Assembly: GCA_963813155.1 (NCBI GenBank)
Contig: CAWEYG010000003.1
Location: 96,001 to 160,000, forward strand
Length of the DNA stretch: 64,000 nt
Reading direction: 5' to 3'
Source: an uncultured Acidobacteriota bacterium
GTDB lineage: Bacteria > Acidobacteriota > Thermoanaerobaculia > UBA5066 > DATFVB01
Within the stretch, counting starts at the first letter, position 1; every line of letters begins with the position of its first letter. A program made the translations under genes and the position numbers. This document shows positions 28,857 through 39,565 of the stretch, piece by piece. The notes below the pieces were generated by a model. It was not told where the DNA came from. It searched no databases and saw only the letters and a program-made list of their open reading frames with translations.

Positions 28857-29362
28857 AGAATCCCGAGCAGCGCGGGTCTTCGCGCCGGTTTCTGCTGCTG
28901 TTCGGGCTCTTTCTTCTCGTTTTCTACTTCCTCCTGGCGGCTCGCCCCGTCGACGCTCACGTGGTCGTGCCTTTCACGGCCGCCATCGCCAGAGTCTCCG
29001 GCTCGCTGCTCCGTCTCCTTGGCGAGAGCGTGACGGTGTCGGGTACCGTCATTTCGTCGAAGACGTTCTCCGTGAACATCGAGAACGGCTGCAACGGCGT
29101 CGAGACGGCTCTTCTGCTGGCGGCGGCGATCCTCGCCTTCCCGGCCGGCTGGGGAGCGCGCGCTGCCGGATTTATTGCCGGGTTCGCCGCCGTGCAGGTC
29201 GTGAACCTCGTCCGGGTCGCGTCTCTCTTCTGGATCGGCGTCCACCGGCCCTCCCTCTTCGGTTCGGCGCACACGCTCGTCTGGCAGACCGCCGTCGTCC
29301 TGTTCGGCGTGGGTTTTTTCGTCGTTTGGGCCAACCGTGTCGCGAAGCGCCGCACCGCTTAG
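28853..29362 (+). CDS. xrtH: Exosortase H-type (exosortase/archaeosortase family) transpeptidase
   Basis: Catalytic Cys-Arg-His pattern: IENGCNGVE, VNLVRV, AHTLVWQ. Short size matches XrtH. Confidence 0.85.
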   Translation: MKNPEQRGSSRRFLLLFGLFLLVFYFLLAARPVDAHVVVPFTAAIARVSGSLLRLLGESVTVSGTVISSKTFSVNIENGCNGVETALLLAAAILAFPAGWGARAAGFIAGFAAVQVVNLVRVASLFWIGVHRPSLFGSAHTLVWQTAVVLFGVGFFVVWANRVAKRRTA

Positions 29363-29885
29363 GACGCTCGCAAAGGCGACCGCCGGGTTCCTCTGCGGGG
29401 CGTCGATGTGGCTGCTCCTCGCGGGGCCGTACCACGCCGCGGTGGCGGCGCCCGCGCAGTTCCTGATCCGCGCGTTCGAGTCGCCCGCGGTGACGAACCT
29501 TCGCGCGGAGGGGTCCGAGGTCGTCGTCGATCGGTCGGACTTTCCGCCGGCCTCCCCGCGTCCGGGAATCCCGGCTTCCGATCTCGACTTCAACATTGCC
29601 ATTCTGACCGCGCTGTTCGCAACCGCCGCGCGACCCCTGTCCGATCGGGGATTCGGAAGACTCCTTCTAGCCGGGTCGATCCTCTACCTTTCGCATGTCG
29701 CCGCTCTCGTCTGCGGCGTCGAGTCGCTCTATGCGTTCGACTTGGGCGAATGGAGCGCCGCTCACTACGGCCCGGTCGCTCGCAACATCTGGGCCACGGG
29801 ATCTCACTTCTATCGGATCGCCGGGATCTTCGCGATTCCCTTTGCGCTCTGGTGGGCTCTCGGGGCGGCCCGTCGTCGCCCCTGA
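29337..29885 (+). CDS. Exosortase H-associated membrane protein (putative)
   Basis: Hydrophobic ORF overlapping xrtH, ending ...FAIPFALW. Assignment rests mostly on position. Confidence 0.55.
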   Translation: MSRSAAPLRTLAKATAGFLCGASMWLLLAGPYHAAVAAPAQFLIRAFESPAVTNLRAEGSEVVVDRSDFPPASPRPGIPASDLDFNIAILTALFATAARPLSDRGFGRLLLAGSILYLSHVAALVCGVESLYAFDLGEWSAAHYGPVARNIWATGSHFYRIAGIFAIPFALWWALGAARRRP

Positions 29886-29904
29886 TCACTTACAATCGGG
29901 CTCG

Positions 29905-32900
29905 ATGCCTTCGGATTTCGTTCATCTGCATCTCCACTCCCAGTATTCCCTTCTGGACGGCGCGAACCGCCTTTCGGAGCTCTGCTCGACGGTCGCGAAG
30001 CTCGGCCAGGGCGCGGTCGCGGTGACCGACCACGGCAACATGTTCGGCGCCCAGAACTTCTACCAGGAGGCGCTGCAGAAGGGAATCAAACCGATCTTCG
30101 GGGTGGAAGCGTACATTGCGCCGGGCGACCGCCAGGACCGGGAGATGCGCGCGGCGAGCGAATCGGGCGACGGTTACACCTACCACCTGACTCTTCTCGC
30201 GCGGAACGAAGCGGGCTACAAGAACCTCGTCAAGCTCGTGTCCGAAGCGTACATGACCGGCTTCTACCACCGCCCCCGGATGGACAAAGACCTCCTCCGG
30301 AAGCACGCGGACGGTTTGGTCGCGCTCTCCGGCTGTCTCAAGGGCGAAGTCGCCGGGGCCCTCGCGCGCGGCAATTTTCAGGCCGCGAAGAAGTCACTCC
30401 TGGAGCTGTCGGACATCTTCGGCAAGGAGAACGTCTACGTCGAACTGATGGACCACGGCCTCCCCGACCAGACGCGGATCCTTCCGGAGCTGCTGCGGCT
30501 GTCCTCCGAGACCGGAATTCCCGCCGTCGCGACGAACGACAGCCATTACCTCCAGAGGACCGACGCTTTCGCCCACGAGGTGCTGCTCTGCATCGGGATG
30601 GGGAAAACTCTCGAGGACGACCGCCGGATGCGGTTCTACAACGACGAGTTCTACGTCAAGGACGCCGATGAGATGAAGGCCCGCTTCGCGCCGTGGTCGG
30701 CGGAAGCGGTGACGAATTCCGCCGCCATCGCGGACCGCTGCCATGTGTCGTTCCCGAAGCCGGAGCTGCTGCTTCCGCGCTTCGACCCGCCCCCGGGGCA
30801 AACGGCGGCGCAGCACTTCCGCGAGCTCGCGCGGAAGGGGCTCGACCGGCGTCTCGAGACGATGAAGCCGCATTTCGATTCGGGCGCCATCAAGCGGCCC
30901 CGCGAGCAATACCTCCAGCGGATCGAGTACGAAATGGACGTCATCGAGAAAATGGGATTTCCGTCGTACTTCCTGATCGTCTCGGACTTCATCCGCCACG
31001 CCCGCGAGACCGGTATCGCCGTCGGCCCGGGACGGGGCAGCGCGGCGGGATCGATCGTGTCCTGGGCGCTCGAGATCACGGAAATCGATCCCCTTCGGTA
31101 CGACCTGCTGTTCGAGCGATTCCTCAATCCCGAGCGTATCTCGATGCCCGACATCGACATCGATTTCTGCCAGGCTCGGCGCGGCGAGGTCATCGAATAC
31201 GTGACGCGGAAATACGGCCGCGAAAACGTGGCCCAGATCGTCACCTTCTCGCTGCTGAAGCCGAAGGCCGCCGTTCGCGACGTGACCCGGGTGCTGGGGC
31301 TGCCCGTTTCCCTCGGGGACAAGATTTCCAAGGCCATTCCGGTAGGCCCCGATGTGACGTTCGAGTCGGCCTTGAAGGACTCCAACGACCTCAAGGCGCT
31401 TCTCAAGGGCGACGAGAACGCGAAGAAGGTCGTTCAAATCGCGACGCGCCTCGAGGGCCTCTCGCGCCACGCGGGAATGCACGCGGCCGGCGTCGTGATC
31501 GCGCCGAGCGCAATTACGGACTACGTTCCCCTGTACCGCACGGCGGACGACCAGATCACGACCCAGTTCGACATGGGCGTCGTCGAGAAGATGGGCCTGC
31601 TCAAGATCGATTTCCTCGGGCTCATCACTCTCGATATTCTCGGCGAAGCCGTGGAGTCGGTCCGGCGGACTCTCGGTCGGGAGATCGACCTGACGCACCT
31701 CCCTCTCAACGACGAGCCGACCTTCGAGCTCTTCCGGGAGGGAAAGACTGGTTGCGTCTTCCAGTTCGATTCTTCGGGAATGCGCGATCTGCTGCGGCGG
31801 GCGAAGCCGACCGTCTTCTCCGACCTCGCGGCTCTCAACGCCCTGTACCGGCCGGGAGCCCTCGACGCGGGAACGGTCGAAGACTACGTGCGCCGCCGCA
31901 GCGGCTCGGCGAAGGTGACGTATCCGTTGCCGGAGCTCAAGGAGATCCTCGAAGACACGCTCGGCATTCTCGTCTACCAGGAACAGGTGATGCGGATCGC
32001 GCAGCGCGTGGCCGGCTACTCGCTCGCCGAGGCCGACCTCCTTCGAAAGGCGATCGGCAAGAAGAAAAAAGAGGTCATGCAGGCCGAAGCGGAGAAGTTT
32101 CTGCGGCGCGCGGTCGAGGCCAAGACCGCCCGCAAGAAGGCCGAGGAAATCTGGTCGCTGATCGAGCCGTTCGCGCGCTACGGGTTCAACAAATCGCACG
32201 CCGTCGCCTACGCCCTCCTCGCCTATCAGACCGCGTACTTGAAGGCCCACTATCCCGTCCATTTCATGGCAGCCTGCCTCACGGCGTCGATCGGTTCGAC
32301 CGACGAGATCGTCCGCGTCATGGGGGAATGCTCGATTGCGGGCGTGCCGGTGCTTCCGCCCGACATCAACGAGTCGCAGCGGACGTTCGCTCCCGCCGGG
32401 GCCGCGATCCGGTTCGGCCTGGCCGCCGTGCGGGGCGTGGGGGAAATGGCCGCGCAGACGATCCTGGACGAGCGATCGCGAGGCCCGTATGCCTCGTTCA
32501 CGGATTTCGTCTTCCGCGTCGATGCGAAGCTCGTCAACCGCCGCGCGGTCGAAGCTCTCATCCACGCGGGAGCGTTCGATTCCCTCGGGAAGAGCCGGTC
32601 CTCGCTGCGCGAGGCGTACGAGGAAATCTCGTCCCGTTCCGCCCGGAGCCGGCAGGACCGGGAAAACGGGCAGACGGATCTCTTCGGCGGAACCGCGGCG
32701 CCGGGGCCGCCGGCGGACGATTTTCCGGACGCGGCCCCCGACACGCTCGACGAGAAGCTCCGGCACGAAAAGGAGTCGCTCGGGTTCTACGTCACCGGGC
32801 ATCCCCTCGCGAAGTATTCCGAGGAGATCGAGCGTTTCGCGGAAGTCAAGGTCGAGGGCCTTCGCGATTGCATCGAACGGGTCGTCAAGATCGCCGGGGT

Positions 32901-33393
32901 GATCACCGCGCTCAAGAAACAGAAGATCAAGAAGGGCGTCAACACCGGCAAGTTCATGGCGAAGTTCCAGCTCGAAGACACAACGGGAACCGCGCCGGTC
33001 GCCGTCTTTTCTTCGCTCTTCGACAAGGCCTCCCCGATGCTCGAAGACGACAGGCCCATTCTGCTGACCGCTCTCGTCCGGGAGGGTGGCGGAAGCGTGG
33101 AGCTCAATGCTCAGGAAATCGTGCCCCTCGCGGGGCTAAAGGACCGCCGCGCCCGAGGAATCGAGATCTGCCTCGACCTCACGCTGGCCGACGAAGACGT
33201 TCTCGCGAAAGTGCATGACCGGCTCCGGCAGCACCCCGGTCCCGTCCCGGTCTCGATCCGGCTCGTCCGGCCGGGCGAGTTCGAGGCAACGCTGCGCGCG
33301 AACGGAACCCTGTCGGTCAAGCCGTCGCCGACGCTCACGGAGGAGATTCGCCTGCTCGCGGGGGAACGCTCCGTCGAGTACGTCTATGAGTGA
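29905..33393 (+). CDS. dnaE: DNA polymerase III alpha subunit
   Basis: FVHLHLHSQYSLLDG, GPGRGSAAGS, FERFLNPER.SMPDIDID and YGFNKSHA motifs. Confidence 0.97.
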   Translation: MPSDFVHLHLHSQYSLLDGANRLSELCSTVAKLGQGAVAVTDHGNMFGAQNFYQEALQKGIKPIFGVEAYIAPGDRQDREMRAASESGDGYTYHLTLLARNEAGYKNLVKLVSEAYMTGFYHRPRMDKDLLRKHADGLVALSGCLKGEVAGALARGNFQAAKKSLLELSDIFGKENVYVELMDHGLPDQTRILPELLRLSSETGIPAVATNDSHYLQRTDAFAHEVLLCIGMGKTLEDDRRMRFYNDEFYVKDADEMKARFAPWSAEAVTNSAAIADRCHVSFPKPELLLPRFDPPPGQTAAQHFRELARKGLDRRLETMKPHFDSGAIKRPREQYLQRIEYEMDVIEKMGFPSYFLIVSDFIRHARETGIAVGPGRGSAAGSIVSWALEITEIDPLRYDLLFERFLNPERISMPDIDIDFCQARRGEVIEYVTRKYGRENVAQIVTFSLLKPKAAVRDVTRVLGLPVSLGDKISKAIPVGPDVTFESALKDSNDLKALLKGDENAKKVVQIATRLEGLSRHAGMHAAGVVIAPSAITDYVPLYRTADDQITTQFDMGVVEKMGLLKIDFLGLITLDILGEAVESVRRTLGREIDLTHLPLNDEPTFELFREGKTGCVFQFDSSGMRDLLRRAKPTVFSDLAALNALYRPGALDAGTVEDYVRRRSGSAKVTYPLPELKEILEDTLGILVYQEQVMRIAQRVAGYSLAEADLLRKAIGKKKKEVMQAEAEKFLRRAVEAKTARKKAEEIWSLIEPFARYGFNKSHAVAYALLAYQTAYLKAHYPVHFMAACLTASIGSTDEIVRVMGECSIAGVPVLPPDINESQRTFAPAGAAIRFGLAAVRGVGEMAAQTILDERSRGPYASFTDFVFRVDAKLVNRRAVEALIHAGAFDSLGKSRSSLREAYEEISSRSARSRQDRENGQTDLFGGTAAPGPPADDFPDAAPDTLDEKLRHEKESLGFYVTGHPLAKYSEEIERFAEVKVEGLRDCIERVVKIAGVITALKKQKIKKGVNTGKFMAKFQLEDTTGTAPVAVFSSLFDKASPMLEDDRPILLTALVREGGGSVELNAQEIVPLAGLKDRRARGIEICLDLTLADEDVLAKVHDRLRQHPGPVPVSIRLVRPGEFEATLRANGTLSVKPSPTLTEEIRLLAGERSVEYVYE

Positions 33394-34621
33394 GCCCCGC
33401 CCCCGAACCCCGGGCGGCGTCCGTGAATCGATCGGCCGCGAGGCGGACCGTGCCGGCGTCGTCGCCTACCTCGTGGGAGGCGCCGTTCGCGATGCCTTGC
33501 GGCGGCGGAGGGTTCGAGACATCGACGTCGCGGTCGAAGGCGACGCGGTGGCCTTTGCGCGAGCATGGGCCCGCGCCTCCGGCGGGCGGTTCGCGGCCTC
33601 CTCGGCGTTCGGAACCGCGACCGTCGAGCTCGGCCCCGCCGCGGCAGCGCTGCGCGTGGACTTCGCGACGAGCCGCGCGGAGTCGTATTCCTCGCCGGCG
33701 GCGCTTCCCCGCGTCCGACCTGCATCCATCGCCGAGGATCTCGGGAGGCGCGATTTCACGATCAACGCGATGGCCATCGCCTTGAACGGTCCGGCGAAGG
33801 GCCGGCTCCTCGATCCGTTCGGTGGACGGGCCGATCTGGCCCGCGGCATCGTCCGGATGCTTCACTCCGCTTCGGCGCGAGACGACCCGACCCGGGCCTA
33901 TCGGGCGGCTCGCTTCGCCCTGCGGTTCGGGTTCCGGATCGCGCCCGAGACGCGGCGCTGGGTCGCCGAAGCGATCGACTCGGGCGCGTTCGAGAGCCTC
34001 AGCGGCGACCGTCTCCGGCGGGAGATCCTCCTCCTGTTCGCGGAGCACTCCCCGTCGATCGCGGTTCGGGCGATCGTGGCCCTCCGCCTCGAGCGGACGA
34101 TCTCCCCGCGTCTCGGCGCGGGCGCCGCGCCGATCCGGAGACTCCAGCGAGTGGAGGCCTTCGCGGGGCGGGCCGGGCGGCCGCGGGGATGGCCGGCGCT
34201 GCTGGCGTGGTCGCTCGACCTTCCCGAAGCGGATCGCCGTGCCGCCGCGCTGCGCCTCGGCCTCGCGGGGGAGCCGCTGCGCGAGTTTTGCGACGCCGGG
34301 CGGCGCACGCGCGAAGCCCGCGAGGCGGCCCGGGGAAAACGGCTCTCGGCCCTCGCCGCCGTCAGCCGCGACTGGCCGATCGACACCGTCCTCGCCGCGG
34401 CCTCGGCGCTCGCGCCGGCCGCTGCGTCGCGCCTGCTGCGCGCGCGTTCGCTCGCTTCCCGGCTGCGCCTGCGGATCAGCGGCGAAGACCTCCGGCGGTC
34501 CGGGGTGCTGCCGGGCCCGGCAATCGGCCGGGCGCTCGAAGAGACGTGGCGCGCGAGAATCGACCGCCGGATTCTGCCGGCCCAGGAGCTGCCTTTCGCG
34601 CTCGCGGAGGTTCGAAAGTGA
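33386..34621 (+). CDS. tRNA nucleotidyltransferase (CCA/poly(A) polymerase class II)
   Basis: LVGGAVRD...DIDV, EDLGRRDFTINAMA and DDPTR motifs. Confidence 0.88.
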   Translation: MSEPRPRTPGGVRESIGREADRAGVVAYLVGGAVRDALRRRRVRDIDVAVEGDAVAFARAWARASGGRFAASSAFGTATVELGPAAAALRVDFATSRAESYSSPAALPRVRPASIAEDLGRRDFTINAMAIALNGPAKGRLLDPFGGRADLARGIVRMLHSASARDDPTRAYRAARFALRFGFRIAPETRRWVAEAIDSGAFESLSGDRLRREILLLFAEHSPSIAVRAIVALRLERTISPRLGAGAAPIRRLQRVEAFAGRAGRPRGWPALLAWSLDLPEADRRAAALRLGLAGEPLREFCDAGRRTREAREAARGKRLSALAAVSRDWPIDTVLAAASALAPAAASRLLRARSLASRLRLRISGEDLRRSGVLPGPAIGRALEETWRARIDRRILPAQELPFALAEVRK

Positions 34622-35286
34622 ACATCCTCGTCCGCGTGGCGGCGTTTCTCGCGGGCGTCGCGGCGAGCGCGGCCCCGCCGGCTCCGCTGGCCTCGCCTGC
34701 GCCGGCGGCGGACGAGGCCCCGGCGTCGACGTACCTCTTCGAATGGATGACCCGAACGGGAGCCGCGAGCCGGCGGCTGACGCTCTTCGGTGACGGCATC
34801 CTCGTGCGGAAATCGGTTTCCCAGGACGGAAAGACCGATCTCAAGAAACGGAAGCTCTCCCCGGAGGAGTACTCCTTCTACTCCGACTACTTCGGGAGTC
34901 CCGAGTCCCGCGAAGGAGCCGGCAACTTCGAGACGGGTCTGACGGGCGACCAGGCGGCGAGCTCCGAGATTTCGTTCGCTCCGCCCGGAGGGCCCCGGTG
35001 GTCGCTGACGTTCGACTCGTTTTCCGCGCTGTCGGCCCCGGCGTCGCGAGTGAAATCCGCGCTCGAAGGCCTTCTCGACTCGTTCGGCAAGGTGTTGCCC
35101 AGCGAAAGCGATTTCCCGATCGAGAAACTCGTTCCGGGGACCCTCCTTCGTCGCCGCGACGGCCAGGAGTTTCGGGTCGTGCACGTGGACGAACAAGCGA
35201 AGATCGTCGAGGCGCGCGCCGTCGGCCAGCCGTATTCTCAGTTCTTCCAGTGGTCGAAGCTTCGGTATTCCTTTTACCCGCCATGA
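34618..35286 (+). CDS. Hypothetical exported protein
   Basis: GTG 34618 coupled to the upstream stop; signal peptide and Pro/Ala linker; stop overlaps the rsmD start. Confidence 0.65.
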   Translation: MNILVRVAAFLAGVAASAAPPAPLASPAPAADEAPASTYLFEWMTRTGAASRRLTLFGDGILVRKSVSQDGKTDLKKRKLSPEEYSFYSDYFGSPESREGAGNFETGLTGDQAASSEISFAPPGGPRWSLTFDSFSALSAPASRVKSALEGLLDSFGKVLPSESDFPIEKLVPGTLLRRRDGQEFRVVHVDEQAKIVEARAVGQPYSQFFQWSKLRYSFYPP

Positions 35287-35822
35287 CGTCCGGTCTTCGC
35301 GTGGTCGGAGGGACGTTGCGAGGGCGGCGCCTCGCGGCCCTTCCCGGGTCGCGGCCCACGTCCGAAAAGGCGCGCGAGGCCCTGTTCGACATTCTCGGGC
35401 CCTGGATCGCGGGAAGGTCGATTCTCGAGCTGTATGCGGGATCGGGCGCGATCGCCATCGAAGCTCTCTCGCGGGGGGCGGCGTCGGCGGTTGCGGTGGA
35501 CCGCGACGCGTCGGCGCTCGAAGAAAACCGCCGCCGGCTCGAAATCGCCCTCGACGTCGTCGAGGCTCCGGCCCACCGGGCGGTCGACACTCTTCGACGG
35601 TCCCGCCGCGCGTTCGACCTCGTCTTTCTGGATCCGCCTTACGCCGCGGCGGCCGACGTCCTGAGCCCCGACGATCTCGGGCGGCTCGTGCTCCCCGCGG
35701 GCCGCCTCGTCTGGCAGACCGACTCCGGCGCGACGGTCGAGGCGATCGGGGCGGAACTCTCCTCGGAGCGCGTCGCCCGATACGGCCGCAACGTCTTTTC
35801 CTTTTTTCGGAAGACGGCGTGA
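35283..35822 (+). CDS. rsmD: 16S rRNA (guanine966-N2)-methyltransferase
   Basis: LRVVGG..RGRRL, RPTSEKAREALF, LYAGSGA..IEALSRGA and FLDPPY motifs. Confidence 0.92.
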   Translation: MTSGLRVVGGTLRGRRLAALPGSRPTSEKAREALFDILGPWIAGRSILELYAGSGAIAIEALSRGAASAVAVDRDASALEENRRRLEIALDVVEAPAHRAVDTLRRSRRAFDLVFLDPPYAAAADVLSPDDLGRLVLPAGRLVWQTDSGATVEAIGAELSSERVARYGRNVFSFFRKTA

Positions 35823-36842
35823 GCCGGCCGAGAATTCTCTTCTGGGTCCACGACCCGGAAGCGCCCTCATTCCGGCACCGGCTCGCGGCAAACATTCCCG
35901 CCCTCGAGGCGGAAGGCTTCGCGTGCGAGGTCGAGACGTTCCCCCGGCGGCGCTACGGCATCCGGATTCTCGAGCGGTGGGGCCGCCTTTCCGGTTTCGA
36001 TCTTCTCGTGGTCGCGAAGTTCAAGCTCGAGGTGGGCGAGCGCCCGATCGTCCGGCGGCTCGCCAAGCGAATCGCCTACGATTTCGACGACGCGATCTAC
36101 TATTCGAAACCGGACCGCCCCGGCGATCCCCCCGACCGATCCGCGAGACGCGTCCGCAAGTTTCGCGCGATGTGCGCGATCGCGGATCTCGTGACGGCCG
36201 GCAACGAGACGCTGGCGGCGGCGGCTCGCCCGTACACGCGGAGAGTCGAGATCCTGCCGACCCCGATCGACCTCGCGCCCTACTCCGGTCCGACCCTCGA
36301 ACGGAGCGGGACTCGCCTCGTCTGGATCGGGCTGCCGGGGAATCTGCCCTACCTGGAGATCCTTCGCGAGCCGCTCGCGAGACTGAGCAGCGAATTTCCG
36401 GCGCTCTCCCTGAAAGTCCTCAGCGAGCGACCGCCGGTGGCCCTGCCGATCCCGGTCGAATTCGTCCGCTGGTCGCCGGACACGGAGGCGTGCGAGCTTG
36501 CTTCGTGCGGATATCGGAGTCATGCCGTTGTCGGACGACGACTGGACCCGCGGAAAGGGAGGCTTCAAGCTGCTCCAGTACATGGCGGCGCGGCTTCCGA
36601 CCGTCGCGTCTCCGGTCGGCGTCAATCGGGAGATCGTGGCGGAGGGCGAAACCGGCTTTCTCGCGGCGGACTCCGCCGGGTGGGAGAGGTCTCTCCGGAC
36701 TCTGCTCCAGCATCCCGTCCGCGCGCGGGCAATGGGCGAGGCGGGGCGGCGTCGCGTCGAGGAGAGATACGAACGGTCGATCGCTTCGAGGCGTCTCGTC
36801 GAGCTGTATCGGCTCGCGATTGCAATTCCCGGCGGGTCTTGA
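35819..36842 (+). CDS. Glycosyltransferase family 4, split by a +1 frameshift near 36509
   Basis: 5' frame has YDFDDAIY and LVWIG; 3' frame has DIGVMPL, KGGFKLLQYMA and ASPVGVNREIV. Removing one G at 36509-36510 joins them. Confidence 0.8.
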
Positions 36843-36887
36843 TACCTTTTTTCGCCTTTACCGGTTTTCAGGGCGAAAGGAGCCACG

Positions 36888-38069
36888 ATGCCGCGGGACG
36901 GGAAGCACTTTTTCACTTCGGAGTCGGTGACGGAGGGTCACCCCGACAAAATCGCCGACCAGATCTCCGACTCGATTCTCGACGCGATCCTGAGCCAGGA
37001 TCCGATGGGCCGCGTCGCGTGCGAGACGCTCGTCACCACGGGAATGGCGTTCGTCGCGGGCGAGATCACGACGGACTGTTACGTGCACTTTCCCGACGTC
37101 GTTCGGCAGACGATCAAGGACGTCGGCTACACGCGCGCGAAGTACGGGTTCGACTACCAGACCTGCGCCGTGATCTCGTCGATCGACCGCCAGTCTCCCG
37201 ACATCGCGCAGGGCGTCGACACGGGCGGCGCCGGCGACCAGGGCCTGATGTTCGGCTACGCGTGCAACGAGACGAAAGAGCTCATGCCCACGCCGATCAC
37301 GCTCGCGCACGCGCTGACGATGCGGCTGGCGGAAGCGCGCAAGAAGGAAGAGCTCGATTTCCTGCGGCCCGACGGCAAGTCCCAGGTCACCGTGCAATAC
37401 GACGGCGACAAGCCGGTGCGTTGCGAGGCGATCGTCGTTTCGACTCAGCACGCCGAGGCCATCAAGCATGCCGAGCTGAAGGAACAGATCATCGAGGCGG
37501 TGATTCGCCCGACGATTCCCGCCGCCATGATCGACGCCCAGACGAAATTCCACATCAATCCGACGGGGCGCTTCGTCGTCGGCGGCCCGCAGGGCGACTG
37601 CGGCTTGACCGGGCGAAAGATCATCGTCGACACGTACGGCGGCGTCGGTTCGCACGGCGGCGGCGCGTTCTCGGGCAAAGACCCCACGAAGGTCGATCGT
37701 TCGGCCTCCTACATGGCGAGGTACATCGCAAAGAACATCGTCGCTTCCGGGATTTCGAAACGCTGCGAGGTCCAGCTGGCCTACGCGATCGGCGTCGCGG
37801 ACCCCGTGTCCATCCTGATCGACACGAAGGGGAGCGGGCAGATCGGGGAGGATCGGATCGAGAAGATCGTCCGAGAGATTTTCCCGCTCACGCCGAAGGG
37901 AATCATCGAAGCGCTCAACCTGCGCCGGCCGATCTACAAGAAGACCGCCGCGTACGGCCACTTCGGCCGCGCTCTGCCGGAGTTCCACTGGGAAAGAACG
38001 GACCGCGCCGAAGCGATCGCGAAGGCGGCGGGCGTTTCGGCTCCGGCGAAGGCGGCTGTGACGGCGTAG
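36888..38069 (+). CDS. metK: S-adenosylmethionine synthetase
   Basis: [28 protein letters not shown] and TAAYGHFGR motifs. Confidence 0.97.
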   Translation: MPRDGKHFFTSESVTEGHPDKIADQISDSILDAILSQDPMGRVACETLVTTGMAFVAGEITTDCYVHFPDVVRQTIKDVGYTRAKYGFDYQTCAVISSIDRQSPDIAQGVDTGGAGDQGLMFGYACNETKELMPTPITLAHALTMRLAEARKKEELDFLRPDGKSQVTVQYDGDKPVRCEAIVVSTQHAEAIKHAELKEQIIEAVIRPTIPAAMIDAQTKFHINPTGRFVVGGPQGDCGLTGRKIIVDTYGGVGSHGGGAFSGKDPTKVDRSASYMARYIAKNIVASGISKRCEVQLAYAIGVADPVSILIDTKGSGQIGEDRIEKIVREIFPLTPKGIIEALNLRRPIYKKTAAYGHFGRALPEFHWERTDRAEAIAKAAGVSAPAKAAVTA

Positions 38070-38088
38070 TTTTTCTCCCGCGTGGATC

Positions 38089-38117
38089 TTGACCTCCCGA
38101 AGGCGAGGGCCTAGCTT
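38089..38117 (+). promoter_or_regulatory. Putative sigma70 promoter
   Basis: TTGACC(38089)-N17-TAGCTT(38112), followed by GGAGG RBS and ATG 38136. Confidence 0.55.
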
Positions 38118-38135
38118 GTCGAGGGAGGTGCGGAC

Positions 38136-38243
38136 ATGCTCGACGTCATCCTGAAAAGCTTCGAGAATCCCTGGGTCGTGGGAAACGAGCCCTACGTCTC
38201 GCTCCATTTTTCCGGAGCGGAGAAATATGCCCGGAAGGAATGA
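38136..38243 (+). pseudogene. Internally deleted cupin-family gene remnant (35 aa)
   Basis: MLDVILKSFENP joined directly to WVVGNEPYVSLHFSGAEKYARKE. From memory these resemble the two termini of a small cupin family. Good RBS. Confidence 0.6.
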
Positions 38244-39147
38244 TGGGCCGAATTGGTGTGTCCCTGGCTGCGTGGCTGATATTGGGTTTCCCGATCGCCA
38301 GTCGCGCACAGAGTCTGGCCCTCACCTTTGACGACGGGCTCGATCCGCGGGAGCAGCCGCAGTCAGCCTCCTGGAATAAGGCCATTCTGTCCGCCCTGGC
38401 GAAAGAGAAAATCCAATCCCTTCTCTTCGCCGCCGGAAAGAGAGTCGACAGTGAGGAAGGTCTGGCGCTCGTAAAAGACTGGGGAATGTCCGGACACGCG
38501 GTCGCCAACCATACGTACTCACACCTCAATTTCAACTCCGCGCAGACGACGCTCGAGGGCTTCGTCACAGATGTCGAAAGAGATGAAGCGTTGCTGAAGG
38601 ACCTACCCGGTTGGACCCGGCGTCTGCGCTTTCCCTACCTCAAGGAAGGGGATACCGCCGCCAAACGCGACGACTTCCGGCGCTGGCTGGTCCATCACAG
38701 GTACAGGAGCGGCGCGGTAAGCATCGATACGAGCGACTGGTACTACAACAACCGCTATCTCTCCTGGAAGGCCGCGCACCCGGGCGACGACCCCTCTCGA
38801 TTCCGTTCCGCCTATCTCGCTCATCTGTGGGGTCGGGCATTTACTACGACGGCTTATCGAAGAGACTCTTTCATCGGAGCATCAAACACATTTTGCTGCT
38901 CCACACCAACGCCATCAACGCGGCATTTTTGCCCGACGTCGTCTCGATGTTCAGATCGAAGGGATGGGCGTTCGTCAGTCCCGATGCGGCGTACCACGAC
39001 CCGGTTTATGGGATGAAACCGACCGTGCTGCCGGCCGGTGAAAGCATCCTCTGGTCGTTGGCCAAACAGAACCAATTTGAAGATCTCCGTTATCCTGCGG
39101 AAGACGATGTCTATGAAAAACCTCTTCTCGACGCGCTCGAGTTCTAG
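38240..39147 (+). CDS. Polysaccharide deacetylase (NodB/CE4), split by a frameshift near 38840
   Basis: Signal peptide, ALTFDDG, ANHTYSH, RFPYL and DTSDW in frame 1; HILLLH..INA and AYHDPVY in the next frame. Confidence 0.82.
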
Positions 39148-39169
39148 CGTCTCCCAAAACTCCAGATCG

Positions 39170-39535
39170 ATGGAGCGCGTTCTTTTTTCGCTCGGCGCGT
39201 TCTCCGCGTTCCTGGCCGTCGCCGCCGGGGCGTTCGGCGCTCACGCTCTGAGGGCCCGCCTGTCGCCGGAAATGCTCTCCGTGTTCGAAACGGGGGCTCG
39301 ATACCAGATGTACCAGGCGCTCGCGCTCCTGGCCGCCGGATGGGCCTCGGCCCATTGGCCGGGGCGCCGCGCCGTGGCCGCGGGCTGGCTCTTCGTCGCG
39401 GGAACGGTTCTCTTTTCGGGGAGCCTCTACGCGCTCGCTCTCACGGGAATTCGCTCGTTCGGAGCCGTCACGCCCGTGGGAGGGCTCTGCTTTCTCGTCG
39501 GGTGGGTTTGCCTCGGATCCGCCGCCTGGGGTTAG
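39170..39535 (+). CDS. DUF423/TMEM256-family membrane protein
   Basis: AVAAGAFGAH.L, FETGARYQMY, GTVLFSGSLY and TPVGG motifs. Confidence 0.9.
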   Translation: MERVLFSLGAFSAFLAVAAGAFGAHALRARLSPEMLSVFETGARYQMYQALALLAAGWASAHWPGRRAVAAGWLFVAGTVLFSGSLYALALTGIRSFGAVTPVGGLCFLVGWVCLGSAAWG

Positions 39536-39565
39536 ACTGGGACCCTGGCTGGGAGGAGGTTCAAG

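Noticed and set aside
36843-36887. SAM riboswitch upstream of metK
   Set aside because: The gap is only ~45 bp and shows no SAM-I/II consensus elements.
35819-38092. 757-aa ORF fusing the glycosyltransferase with sequence overlapping metK
   Set aside because: Artefact of the frameshift at ~36509; metK is intact in another frame.
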